A stretch of DNA of 64,000 nucleotides from Candidatus Eiseniibacteriota bacterium (GTDB lineage: Bacteria; Eisenbacteria; RBG-16-71-46; CAZAMP01). The notes under the pieces are model-generated. The model saw nothing but the letters and a program-made list of their open reading frames with translations. It searched no databases and was not told the origin of the DNA. The translations under genes and the position numbers were made by a program. Positions 49,810 to 59,939 of this stretch are shown piece after piece. The first letter of the stretch is position 1. The number at the start of each line of letters is the position of its first letter. Location: NCBI GenBank assembly GCA_965224245.1, contig OZ245046.1, forward strand, positions 4,160,001 to 4,224,000, read 5' to 3'.

Positions 49810-50733
49810 CTACTGGAGCTCGCCCGAGTAGATCCGGATGATCGTGTCGAGCAGCTTCAGCGCCTCACCCCGCTCGCGCTGGAACGTGTTGCGTCCGATG
49901 ATCGAACCGAACCCACCGCCGTCGCGGATCGCGCGGATGTCGTCGAAGAGCGACTCGTCGCCCTTCTTGCCCCCGCCCGAGAAGATCACAATGCGACGGC
50001 CGGCGAAGGCCGACTGGATCACGTGGGTCACGCGATCGGTCAGCGTTTCGCGCGGGATGTTCGCGCTCTCGTACACCTTCTTGGCCGCGCCCTGCTCCAG
50101 GTGCGCCGACGGGAGCTTGACCTTGACGATGTGGGCCCCCATCTGACACGCGATCTGCGCCGCATAGGCCACGACGTCGAGACCGGTCTCACCTTCCTTC
50201 GACAGCTCGGCACCGCGCGGGTACGACCACACCACGACCGCCAGCCCGACCGCCTTCGCCTCCAGCGCGAGCTCGCGAAGCTGCTCGTAGAGCTCGCGCC
50301 GGTGCTCGGTCCCGGGATAGATCGTGTAGCCGATGCCGGCGCAGCCCAGGCGCAGCGCATCCTCGACCGACGCCGTCAGCGCCCCCATGGGGTTCGGCTC
50401 GGAGTGCAGCACGTCGTGGCTGTTCGCCTTCAGGATCAACGGCACGTCGCCGGCGTACTCCGCGGCGCCGGCCTCGAGGAACCCCAGCGGCGCCGCGTAC
50501 GCGTTGAGCCCGGCGTCCAGGGCCAGCTGGAAGTGATAGCGCGGGTCGTAGGCGGGGGGGTTGGGCGCGAAGCTGCGCGCGGGACCGTGCTCGAACCCCT
50601 GATCGACCGGGAGGATCACCATGCGGCCGGTGCCCCCGAGACGTCCGTGGTTGAGCATTCTCGCCAGATTGGTCAGCGTTCCGGGAGTCTCGCTCCCGTA
50701 CCAGCTCAGGATGTCGCGCACACGATCGGTCAT
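49810..50733 (-). CDS. fbaB: Class I fructose-bisphosphate aldolase
   Basis: ILPVDQGFEHGP, WSYPRG, GAHIVKVK, FSGG, GSIIGRN. Confidence 0.92.
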   Translation of the reverse strand: MTDRVRDILSWYGSETPGTLTNLARMLNHGRLGGTGRMVILPVDQGFEHGPARSFAPNPPAYDPRYHFQLALDAGLNAYAAPLGFLEAGAAEYAGDVPLILKANSHDVLHSEPNPMGALTASVEDALRLGCAGIGYTIYPGTEHRRELYEQLRELALEAKAVGLAVVVWSYPRGAELSKEGETGLDVVAYAAQIACQMGAHIVKVKLPSAHLEQGAAKKVYESANIPRETLTDRVTHVIQSAFAGRRIVIFSGGGKKGDESLFDDIRAIRDGGGFGSIIGRNTFQRERGEALKLLDTIIRIYSGELQ

Positions 50734-50842
50734 CCACGGACTCCTTCCGGAACACGCCGGTCGCGGTACCGCGAGGCGAGGTGAGTGAAGATGGGGTCGG
50801 ACGCGTAGAGCCCGGTCATTCTGCGGCCTCGCGGGGACGCGA

Positions 50843-53473
50843 TCAAGGCCACCGCGTCACCCGGATCGTCTTTCCCCCACCCGCGCCGGCGGCCCTGGCG
50901 AAGTAGACCCCCCCGGCGGCCGCGTGTCCGTGGCGATCCCGGCCGTCCCAGGTCGCGGTGTGCACGCCGGGGCCCCGCACGCCCGCGTCGACCGAGGCGA
51001 TCCGGCGTCCTCGAACGTCGTACACGTCGAGCGTGACCGCGGTGGGCACCGTGACCCGGTAGCGGAGCTCGACCCGCCCACCCCCTGCCGCGCGCGCGAC
51101 GAGCTCGCCGATCGGATGGTCGGTCGGGCCGGGCGGTCCGCCACGCGTCGAGAGCGGCGCCCCGCTCGCGGCGCCTCCGGCGTGCCCGCGCCATGGATCC
51201 GACTCGGTCGGAGGCTCGTACCGGGCGATCCGCTCTGCGGTCACCGCCCCTCGCGCCGCGGATCGGAAGCTCCCGCCGGCGAACACGTAATCTCCGAGCG
51301 GAGCCAGCGCGTAGACGTTCGAGTCCAGCCCGCAGGCCGCGTCCTGCCAGATCGCGCCGTTCCAGCGGGCGACGTTTCGCACGACGCCGCCGCCGGCGCG
51401 TTCGAAGAGCCCCGCCGCGTACAGCATGTCCTGATGCACGATCAGGGTCTGGACGATGCTCAGCCCCGGAATCCCCGAGCCGAGCGGGCGCCAGCGGGTG
51501 CCGTCCCACCGTGCGATCCGCCCCATGCTCTCGGACCCCGAGCGGTTGAAGAGCCCACCGGCATGGAGCTCGCCGCGGTACACGGCCAGCGCCTCCACCG
51601 GGCCGTTGAACCCCGCGCCCATCGGCGACCAGGCGACCCCGTCCCAGCGCGCGATGCCCTTCGCGTTGACCCCGGCCGACGAGAACTGACCGCCCGCGAT
51701 CAGCATCCCGTCGAACTCGATCAGGGCCAGGACGACGTCGTTCATGCCCGGACCGATCGGATGCCACGCCGAGCCGTCCCAGCGCGCGATGCGGTCGAGC
51801 GACGCCTGGCCGGAGGATCGGAACCGCCCGCCGGCGATCAGGTCGCCGCCGACCACGGCCAGCGTGTAGACCGCGTCGTCGACCCCCACCCCGAGGCCCT
51901 GCCAGCTCAAGCCGGACCACCTGGCGACACGGCGCCGGATGGCGCCGCCGGAGACGTTGAACGTGCCGCCCGCGTAGAGCGCATCCCCGTCGGACGCGAG
52001 CGCCAGGACGGGCCCGTCGAATCCGGAGCCGAGGGGCTCCCAGGCGGCGCCGCTCCAGCGGCCCACGCGCGAGAGCGGCGCGCTCCCGGACCGGGTGAAC
52101 TCGCCGCCGGCGACGAGCGCTCCCTGGTGCACGACGAGCGCGCGCACGGGCCCCGACAGCCCGTGTCCGCCGCCCACTGGCGACCACCGCGTGCCGTCGG
52201 TCTCCACGACGCCCGCGGCGGGCAGCCCTCCGACGCTCGTGAGTGTGCCGCCCATCCAGACCGTGCCCGCAAAGTGATCGCGCGAGAGCGCATGGACGTC
52301 GCCGATCGGCTCGGGTCCGATCGGCCGCCACTGCTCGTTCTCCCAGGCCACGACGTTCGTGGCGAAGACGAGCCCGGCCTGGGTAAAGGCGCCCCCGACG
52401 ACGAGGCGGGAGCCGAGCGTCTCGAGCGCCCGGACCGGACCGTTCACGCCCGCGCCGAGACGCCGCCAACCCGACGGCGTCCAGCGCGCGACGTTCGGCA
52501 CGCCGAGCCCACCCGCGCGCGTGAATCGTCCACCGACGACGAGGTCGTCTGCGACCGTCGCGAACGCGTAGACGGCGGCGAGCCCGTTCGTGTGGGTGAG
52601 CCCGGCGTCCACGCTGGTCCACCGAGTGCCGTCCCATCTCGCGATGGACGGACTCTCGATCCCGCCCATCGTCGTGAAGTCCCCGCCGGCGTAGAGCGCG
52701 GGACCGGTGCCGTCGTCGTGGACGATCAGCGCGCGCACGACGCCGGGCGTGCCCTCGCCGAGCGGCGCCCAGCCGGCGCCGTCCCAGCGAGCGATGCCTG
52801 CGGCAGGCACGCCGCCGGCGGAGGTGAACGCACCGCCCGCGATCAGCTCCACCCCGCCGGGGTCCACGAACTCGGCGACCGCGTGAACCGGCCCGTTCGT
52901 GCCCCCCCCGAGGTCCCGCCATCCCTCGCTCTGCGTCCAGCTCGCGATATGCCCGACCGGAATGTCGCCGGCATGCTCGAACGCCCCGGCGAACACGTTC
53001 GTCACCGTGCGCGCGATCGCGAACACGGGACCGTCGGTTCCGGCCCCCATCGACGCCCAGCCGGTCTCGGTCCACCGGCACACGTTGTGTGCCTCGACGT
53101 GTCCCGCGCGCCGGAAGTCGCCGCCGGCGAACTCGCCCCCACGAACTGCGTACACGACGCCGTCGATGCCGGGCGTGTCGAAACCCCGCCACCAGTCGTC
53201 GGCGGTGCAGCTCTCCTTCGCCGCCACCCCCGCCACATCGCCGGCCAGCACGAGAACGGCGATCGTGGCGATCGTCGTCGCGACGCGCCCAGGTGCCACG
53301 AGCCCGGCGAGGCCCCGCGGCCGCGTCGGGTGACCGCGAGCCCCGGCGTGATCGTCATGGTGGGGTGATGAGATGCGGGATCGTGAATCTGCGGGCGTAC
53401 GTGTGCCGATGCGCGCACAGGTGATGCGAAACGCCAAATGGCCCCCCGGCGTTCGAGTCCCCGTCGTGTGCAT
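50843..53473 (-). CDS. Secreted beta-propeller repeat protein with C-terminal FlgD-Ig domain (start uncertain)
   Basis: About 13 repeats of GGxFxxAGG...IARWDG..WxxLGxGxxGxVxAL; VYDVRGRR...TWDGRD...GVYFAR. Confidence 0.85.
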   Translation of the reverse strand: MHTTGTRTPGGHLAFRITCARIGTRTPADSRSRISSPHHDDHAGARGHPTRPRGLAGLVAPGRVATTIATIAVLVLAGDVAGVAAKESCTADDWWRGFDTPGIDGVVYAVRGGEFAGGDFRRAGHVEAHNVCRWTETGWASMGAGTDGPVFAIARTVTNVFAGAFEHAGDIPVGHIASWTQSEGWRDLGGGTNGPVHAVAEFVDPGGVELIAGGAFTSAGGVPAAGIARWDGAGWAPLGEGTPGVVRALIVHDDGTGPALYAGGDFTTMGGIESPSIARWDGTRWTSVDAGLTHTNGLAAVYAFATVADDLVVGGRFTRAGGLGVPNVARWTPSGWRRLGAGVNGPVRALETLGSRLVVGGAFTQAGLVFATNVVAWENEQWRPIGPEPIGDVHALSRDHFAGTVWMGGTLTSVGGLPAAGVVETDGTRWSPVGGGHGLSGPVRALVVHQGALVAGGEFTRSGSAPLSRVGRWSGAAWEPLGSGFDGPVLALASDGDALYAGGTFNVSGGAIRRRVARWSGLSWQGLGVGVDDAVYTLAVVGGDLIAGGRFRSSGQASLDRIARWDGSAWHPIGPGMNDVVLALIEFDGMLIAGGQFSSAGVNAKGIARWDGVAWSPMGAGFNGPVEALAVYRGELHAGGLFNRSGSESMGRIARWDGTRWRPLGSGIPGLSIVQTLIVHQDMLYAAGLFERAGGGVVRNVARWNGAIWQDAACGLDSNVYALAPLGDYVFAGGSFRSAARGAVTAERIARYEPPTESDPWRGHAGGAASGAPLSTRGGPPGPTDHPIGELVARAAGGGRVELRYRVTVPTAVTLDVYDVRGRRIASVDAGVRGPGVHTATWDGRDRHGHAAAGGVYFARAAGAGGGKTIRVTRWP

Positions 53474-53731
53474 TGTCGATCGATTTCGGGCAGCGTCTCG
53501 AGGATGCGAGGTCGGTGGCTGTCGCGCTGCGATCCAGAGACCCACAGTATAACCGCCGGCTCGGGGACGCGACCGCCGGAAACCGCCGGTGAGCCGCGAG
53601 CTCCGAGCGCGAAGATGGGCCCTTCCCGAGCCTCGGGCCTGATAGGGTACGCGCTCTCGCGAGCTCCGGACCGCGACCACGGATCTCCGGATGTGTCCGG
53701 TTCCTCGACGGAGGGGAGCGCTCTCGTAGAC

Positions 53732-55102
53732 GTGTCGACTCCAGCTCAACCGGTGCCGGGCTACCGGATGCTGCTCGCGCTGGCCCTGCCGGCTCTCGGT
53801 ACGCTGATCGCCGAGCCCGCGATGGGCCTCGTGGACACCGCGCTCGTCGGGCGCCTGGGTCCCGGCCCCCTGGCCGCGCTCGGCGGCGCGGCCGCGACGC
53901 TGGGCCTCGTCGCATCGCTGCTGGTCTTCCTCGAGTACGGCACGACGGTCCGGGTCGCGCGATGCGTCGGCCGGCGCGATCCGGCCGCGCTGGTCACCGA
54001 GGTGTGTCAGGTCGGATGGCTCGCCACCGCGATCGGGCTCGTGCTGTCGATCGTGCTGGTCGCGTTCCCCCGGGACGTGCTCCGGCTCGTGGATCTCCCG
54101 CCCGACCTCGTCCCGCTCGCCGAACGCTACCTGGCGATCCGAGGGCTCGGGTTCGTCCCGTCGCTGTGGGTCCGTGCCGGCAACGGGGTCTTTCGCGGCC
54201 TCGAGGACACCCGCACGCCGCTCTGGATCACGATCGGCCTCAACGCCGTCAACGCGGCACTCGATGTGGTGCTGATCTTCGGCTGGGCCCGGCTCGGGAT
54301 CCCGGGGTGGGGCATCGCCGGCGCGGCCTGGGCGGCCACCATCGCGACCTGGGCGGGTGGGGTGACGTTCTCGATCCTGACCGTGCGGCGCCTCGGCTCA
54401 CTCGTCCCGGGCGGCCTCGTGGACTGGCGCCCCCGCGCGAGGGAGCTACGCGAGCTCCTCGGGGTCAGCCGCGACCTCGTGCTGCGCACGGCGTCGCTGA
54501 TGACGGCGCTGTTCGTGGCGACGCGTCTGGCCGCCGGGCTGGGCACGGCCCCTCTGGCCGCCCATCACGTGGGATGGCAGCTCTGGATCTTCGTCGCGCT
54601 GGTGCTCGACAGCATGGCGATCGCCGGGCAAGCGGTCGTGGGACGCCTGACCGGCTCGGGCGACGTCGATCTGGCGCGAGAGGCCGGCGATCGACTGTGC
54701 CGCATGGGGGGCGTGGTCGGCGTCATCATGACGCTCGCGTTTCTCGGGGTCGGTCACGACCTCGCGCGCCTCTTCACCAACGACCCCGCCGTTCTGGACC
54801 AGATCGCCGGTATCTATATCCTGATCGCCTGGATGCAGATCCCGAACGCGGTCTTGTTCGCGATAGACGGGCTCCTGATCGGCGCCGGGGATCTCCGCTT
54901 CGTGCGAAACGCGATGGTGGGGCTCGGCGCGATCGGTGTCGTCGCCGTCCTGGCCGCCGTCCACGTCCGGCCCACGCTGGCGGCGTTGTGGATCGGAACC
55001 GCAGTCTACATGCTGGCCCGGCTGGCCGTGATGGGGCATCGGTGGTTCACGAACGCCTGGGCGCCGCGTTCCGGGCACGCGCCTCCGCCGACGAGCGCCT
55101 GA
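53732..55102 (+). CDS. MATE family efflux transporter (DinF-like)
   Basis: ALPAL..LIAEP..GLVDTA.VG, FRGLEDTRTPL, GIAGAAWAT, DGLLIGAGD. Confidence 0.9.
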   Translation: MSTPAQPVPGYRMLLALALPALGTLIAEPAMGLVDTALVGRLGPGPLAALGGAAATLGLVASLLVFLEYGTTVRVARCVGRRDPAALVTEVCQVGWLATAIGLVLSIVLVAFPRDVLRLVDLPPDLVPLAERYLAIRGLGFVPSLWVRAGNGVFRGLEDTRTPLWITIGLNAVNAALDVVLIFGWARLGIPGWGIAGAAWAATIATWAGGVTFSILTVRRLGSLVPGGLVDWRPRARELRELLGVSRDLVLRTASLMTALFVATRLAAGLGTAPLAAHHVGWQLWIFVALVLDSMAIAGQAVVGRLTGSGDVDLAREAGDRLCRMGGVVGVIMTLAFLGVGHDLARLFTNDPAVLDQIAGIYILIAWMQIPNAVLFAIDGLLIGAGDLRFVRNAMVGLGAIGVVAVLAAVHVRPTLAALWIGTAVYMLARLAVMGHRWFTNAWAPRSGHAPPPTSA

Positions 55103-55116
55103 CGCCTACCCGCTCG

Positions 55117-55848
55117 TCACTCGCCGACGGCTAGGCGCATCGCAAGCAGCTCGGGCAGATCCAGCGCGCGCATCGCGTCCATCACGTTGCTCACGTCATA
55201 GGCCACGCGATGCACGGCGAACGTGCGCGCATCGGTGTCGAGGATCGCGCACGCGGACTCCGGCACGCCGTCGCGGGGCTGTCCCACGCTGCCCGGGTTC
55301 ACGAGCACGCGGGCGCCCGAGGCGAACCGCGCCGCTCGCGAGATCGGGAAGTCGTGGTCGCGAGTCGCCTTCCCGCGCTTCGAGACGTGCAGGAGCGGCG
55401 AGTGGGTATGACCGACGGCCACGAGCGGCGTGTCGGCCTCGGACAGGGCCACCTCGGCGTCCTCGCCGGTGATGACGTAGCAGTGCGTGTCGGCCGGAGA
55501 GCCGTGTGCGCACGTGACGTCCCCGACCACGAGCGTGCGCGGCAGCCGCTCGAGAAAGCTCGTAGCCCGGGCCGAGAGCTGCTCGCGCGTCCAGACGACC
55601 GCCTGGTGCGCGATGGCGTTGAAGTGCTCGAGGCCCTCGCCGTTGACGACCGCGACGTCGTGGTTGCCCAGGACACAGCGGATGTCGTGCTTGCGGATCA
55701 GCGACACGCAGCCGGCGGGGTCGGGCCCGTAGCCCACGACGTCCCCGAGACAGACGACCTCGTCGGGCGACTCCGAGGCCAGCCGTTCCAGACACGCCTC
55801 GAGCGCCAGGCGGTTTCCGTGAATGTCGGAGATGAGACCCAGTCGCAT
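55117..55848 (-). CDS. Metallophosphoesterase family protein
   Basis: SDIHGN, LGDVVGYG, GNHD, HGSP, GHTH, NPGSVGQPRD. Confidence 0.92.
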   Translation of the reverse strand: MRLGLISDIHGNRLALEACLERLASESPDEVVCLGDVVGYGPDPAGCVSLIRKHDIRCVLGNHDVAVVNGEGLEHFNAIAHQAVVWTREQLSARATSFLERLPRTLVVGDVTCAHGSPADTHCYVITGEDAEVALSEADTPLVAVGHTHSPLLHVSKRGKATRDHDFPISRAARFASGARVLVNPGSVGQPRDGVPESACAILDTDARTFAVHRVAYDVSNVMDAMRALDLPELLAMRLAVGE

Positions 55849-56105
55849 CGGTGCCCCCAAGTCGAACGCGGCCCGCTCCGGATCCCGGAGCGGCTCGGAG
55901 TCTCTATCGACCACCGGCCGCGGTTCGTGACGGGATTAGACCCCGAGGATCGATCTCCGGGCACGAACATGCAGTATTTTTGATATATCGCTTCGGGCAT
56001 GTGATGTGGCCTGGCGGCGTTCGGCCGTGCCGGTGTGTGGCGTTCGTGGTGGTCGGCGATGTGTTCGCGAGCGCGGTCGCGGAGCCGGACCGCGTCCAGC
56101 ACTCA

Positions 56106-57833
56106 TCACCGGACGTGCGTGTCGTCCCGGCGCGCCCGCTCCGCCCGTTCGGGCCCCGATCCGTTCGAGGCGTCCGGGGCCCCGGGATGCTCCGGCGACT
56201 CCGCGCTCTCACCCGGTGCCGCGGCCCGGAGGCCGGTGGGCACGCGCAGGGTGACACGCGTCCCGACGCCGGCGCGGCTGGTGATCGCGAGGTCGCCGCC
56301 CATCGCGCGCATGGCCCGACGCGCCCGGTACAGCGAGAGCCCGAGGCTCTGCCCGGTGCGCCAGCCCGTCGAGTACGGGTGAAAGAGCTCGTGCTGCCGG
56401 AAGCCGGCCGACATTCCGATGCCGGTGTCGATGATGCGCACGCGCACGGCATCTCCGACGACGTCGGCCTCCACCTTCAGGAGGCCCCCGTCGGGCATCG
56501 CACGGAGCGAGTTGTCGACGATGCCCATCAGCACCGTCCGGAGCGCGTTCGACGGAGCGATCAGCACCGGCAGTGCCGGCGGGAGCACCTCGCGAACGTC
56601 GAGACCCTCCCGATCGCGCGCGCCGAGCGCGTCGAGCACCTCCCCCACGAGCGCGCGCAGATCGACGGACGCGGAGGACTCGGCGCTGGCGCCGACGCCG
56701 TCGTCGGGGAGCGATTCGGCCAGGCGCTCGAGCCGCCGCGAGAGCTTCTGGGTCACTGTGCTCGCCCCTCTCAGCACGGCGCGCGGCGTGGAGTCGCCGG
56801 CGAGGTTCCGTGACAGGCTCTCGAGGGTCTCGCGGGCGGCCTCGAGCTCACCGACGATTCTCCCCCGGAGCCGGGCGACCACGGTGTGGCGGTCCACGAC
56901 GCGCTCCTCGCGGCGGCGCTGATCGAGCCGCGTGACCATCTCGTTGAAGGCGCGCCCCAGCCTGCCGAGGCGATCCTCGCCCCACAGCGCGACGCGATGC
57001 TCGAGATTGCCCCGCGTGACCTCGCGTACGGCCGCCTCGATCGCGGTGACCCCGTCGTCCAGACGCTGAAACACGAACGTCAACAGCGCGGCGATCGCGA
57101 GCGCGGCGGCGCCGAGCAAGATCCACAGTGCAGGAGAGGGCGGCGTCCGTGAGGCCTCGCCGCTCAGGCGGACCTCGAGGCTCAGGAGCCCGCTGGACCC
57201 GACGGGAACGACGCGCGCCGAGTTCGGATCGACCGGTGCCGACGACCTCGCCGCCGGTCGCACCTGGAGCACGAACGAGTGATCGCCGACGCTGGACACG
57301 GCCGCCCCGCGCACCCACGCCAGCGGGACCTCGGCCTCCACGATGCGTGGCGGGTCGCGACGCACGCGCGCCCGGTAGACGATGGCGCGCTCGGAGACGT
57401 CGGCCGTCAGCACGGCGGCCGAATCGGCGGCCGGGCGTCCCGCGCCGGCGTCGACGTGCGTCGGCGCCCCCGGAACCAGTATGACGGTGGTATCGCGCTC
57501 GCCGTCGACGGCGCGGACGTGCCACGGAACGCGCTCGGCCCCGAGCGTGATGCGCACGGGGTCATCGGCACGCGCATCGGATGCGAACAGCGCCGCCCAG
57601 CGTGCCTCATCGTCGGCCGTGAGCAATCGCGCGGCCGAACCGAGCGCCGTCTCGACGCGTTCCAGGCGCTCGGCGGCCAGCTCGGCGCCCTGCATCGCCA
57701 CCATGCCCATCAGCGCGCGATCGTGACGCCGTTCGAGGTCGTGCTGGGCGCGCGTCGCGACCAGCAGCACCGCGGCCAGCGGCACCAGCACACCCACGAC
57801 GTAGAGTGCGATCAGGAACGAGCGGCGCGGCAT
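56106..57833 (-). CDS. Membrane HAMP + HATPase sensor-kinase-like protein with degenerate H-box
   Basis: Two TM helices; HAMP (EDRLGRLGRAFNEM); N-box IVDNS; G1 DTGIGM; no H-E/D-L-x-x-P motif. Confidence 0.75.
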   Translation of the reverse strand: MPRRSFLIALYVVGVLVPLAAVLLVATRAQHDLERRHDRALMGMVAMQGAELAAERLERVETALGSAARLLTADDEARWAALFASDARADDPVRITLGAERVPWHVRAVDGERDTTVILVPGAPTHVDAGAGRPAADSAAVLTADVSERAIVYRARVRRDPPRIVEAEVPLAWVRGAAVSSVGDHSFVLQVRPAARSSAPVDPNSARVVPVGSSGLLSLEVRLSGEASRTPPSPALWILLGAAALAIAALLTFVFQRLDDGVTAIEAAVREVTRGNLEHRVALWGEDRLGRLGRAFNEMVTRLDQRRREERVVDRHTVVARLRGRIVGELEAARETLESLSRNLAGDSTPRAVLRGASTVTQKLSRRLERLAESLPDDGVGASAESSASVDLRALVGEVLDALGARDREGLDVREVLPPALPVLIAPSNALRTVLMGIVDNSLRAMPDGGLLKVEADVVGDAVRVRIIDTGIGMSAGFRQHELFHPYSTGWRTGQSLGLSLYRARRAMRAMGGDLAITSRAGVGTRVTLRVPTGLRAAAPGESAESPEHPGAPDASNGSGPERAERARRDDTHVR

Positions 57834-58135
57834 CGGCGCTTACCCCGGCTTCGGCGAGATCCGTCGGTGACGAGTTGGCGGCGGCGCGCGTCGCGGACGT
57901 GTCGCGGGGGGTCGCGGCCGCACCCTATGATACCCGGCCTCGCGCGGTCCGACCAATCGTGGTGCCCGCAGGCACGTGAGCGCGGCACGTCCGGGAACCC
58001 GGCCCGGTCGAGCCCTGTCATGTCGGGGCAACCCCGGGGCCTTTTTACCGTTCGTTGGCTTGTGCCGGGGTCGCGACCGTTCGTATCCTGCTGCCCCCGG
58101 CTCAGGGTTTCCAGTCAACCAGCGAAAGCCACGTC

Positions 58136-59206
58136 ATGCCCGACGATCCCCGACAGCACGAGGCCGACCCGAGACGACCGCCGCTGACGCAGGCCGTCTC
58201 GGGCGCCGGCTGAGCGTCCAAACTCGGGCCAGGGGTCCTGGCCCAGGCGCTTTGCGGGCTGGATCTCGTCCATGATCCGAACGTGCTCGTGGGGCTCGAC
58301 CGCCCCGACGACGCCGGCGTGTACCGTCTGTCGGACGACGTCGCGCTCGTGGTCACGGTCGACTTCTTCACGCCGATCGTGGACGACCCGGCCACCTTCG
58401 GCCGCATCGCGGCCACGAACGCCCTTTCGGACGTGTACGCGATGGGCGGCCGGCCGATCTCCGCGCTGAACGTCGTGTGCTTTCCCTCGAAGACCCTCGA
58501 TCCGGGCGTTCTGCACGAGATCCTCGCCGGAGGGCTCGTGGCCCTGTCCGAGGCCGGCTGCCCGCTCGTCGGCGGCCACAGCGTCGACGACCCCGAGCTG
58601 AAGTACGGGCTCTCGGTCACCGGAGTCGTGCACCCCGATCGTGTGCTCGCGAGCTCGGGCGGCCGGGACGGCGACGCGCTCGTCCTGACCAAGCCCCTCG
58701 GCGCCGGCCTCGTCTCCACCGCCGAGAAGCGGCGCCGCGCGCCGCGCGAGTCGTCCGAGGCCTGCATCGCGATGATGACCACCCTCAACCGCGACGCGGC
58801 CGAGCGGATGCTCGAGCACGACGCCCGCGCGTGCACCGACGTCACGGGCTTCGGCTTCCTCGGGCATGCGTACGAGATGATCGAGGGCTCCTCGCTCGAC
58901 CTTCACGTCGACACGGCATCGGTGCCGCTGTTGCCGCACGCGCTGGAGCTGGCCGAGGCGGGCATGCTCTGCGGCGGTCTCGGCCGCAACCAGATGCACT
59001 ACGGCCCGAACGTGGACTTCGCCGACGGTGTGTCGAGCGCCTGGCGCTCGGCCCTGTTCGATCCGCAGACGTCCGGCGGCCTCCTGATCGCGCTTCCCGA
59101 CAGCGAGGCCGACGCGCTCGTGGCCGATCTGGCCGCGCGCGGACACCGGGACACCGCCCGCGTCGGCCACGTCCGGGCCGGGTCGGGTCGCATCCACGTC
59201 CGCTGA
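58136..59206 (+). CDS. selD: Selenide, water dikinase, selenocysteine-containing (Sec at codon 26)
   Basis: ATG 58136 is in frame with ORF 58283; reads LTQAVSGAG-TGA-ASKLGPG matching SelD G(C/U)xxK; DDAGV, DFFTP, GGHS, LTKPLG, TDVTGFG, DPQTSGGLL. Confidence 0.93.
58226..58244 (+). promoter_or_regulatory. Putative bacterial SECIS hairpin
   Basis: GGGCCAGG-GGT-CCTGGCCC perfect 8-bp stem with G-rich loop, starting 12 nt after the TGA at 58211-58213. Confidence 0.75.
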
Positions 59207-59213
59207 GCCGCCG

Positions 59214-59930
59214 ATGTCGACGACGTTTCCGATGACGAAGAGCCTCGCCACGAATCTCGTGGCGGCGGCGATCCTCGGCGCCGGCCTGGTGTCGCCGGTT
59301 CTCTCGCGCGAGCTCTTCAACGTGGGCATCTTCGCGCTGTCGGGGGCGATCACGAACTGGATCGCGATCCACATGCTCTTCGAGAAGGTGCCGCTCCTGT
59401 ACGGATCGGGCGTGATCCCCACCCGGTTCGAGGAGTTCAAGGCCGGCATTCACGATCTCGTCATGACGCAGTTCTTCACGATCGAGAACCTCAGGCGGTT
59501 TCTCGGCTCCGAGCACGCGCGGATCGATCCCGAGCCGATCGCCGAGGCGGTGGATCTGGACGAGGTCTTCGCGGGGCTCGTGGACGTGATCAAGCAGTCG
59601 TCGTTCGGGGGCATGCTCGCGCTCGTGGGCGGCGAGAAGGGTCTCGAGCCGTTGAAGGCGCCGTTCGCGGAGCGCATGCGCTCACTGATCGTCGTGACCG
59701 TGGAGTCGGAGCAGTTCCAGGACGCGTGGCGCGAGCAGCTCGTGAGCGGTCACGACGGCGGTCTCCTGCTCCAGGTCGACGCCATCGTCACGCAGCGTCT
59801 CGACGAGCTGACCCCGGGGATGGTGAAGGAGATCGTCCAGGAGATGATCCGGCGCCATCTCGGATGGCTCGTGGTCTGGGGCGGGGTCTTCGGAGGACTG
59901 ATCGGGCTCCTGGCCAGCGGCTGGCGCTAG
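59214..59930 (+). CDS. DUF445 family membrane protein
   Basis: ALSGAITNWIAIHMLFEKVP..YGSGVIP, HLGWLVVWGGVFGGLIG. Confidence 0.88.
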   Translation: MSTTFPMTKSLATNLVAAAILGAGLVSPVLSRELFNVGIFALSGAITNWIAIHMLFEKVPLLYGSGVIPTRFEEFKAGIHDLVMTQFFTIENLRRFLGSEHARIDPEPIAEAVDLDEVFAGLVDVIKQSSFGGMLALVGGEKGLEPLKAPFAERMRSLIVVTVESEQFQDAWREQLVSGHDGGLLLQVDAIVTQRLDELTPGMVKEIVQEMIRRHLGWLVVWGGVFGGLIGLLASGWR

Positions 59931-59939
59931 CGTCCCGCG

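Noticed and set aside
51300-53150. Periodic DNA similarity across ~2 kb
   Set aside because: Explained by coding beta-propeller repeats; no identical direct repeats with unique spacers
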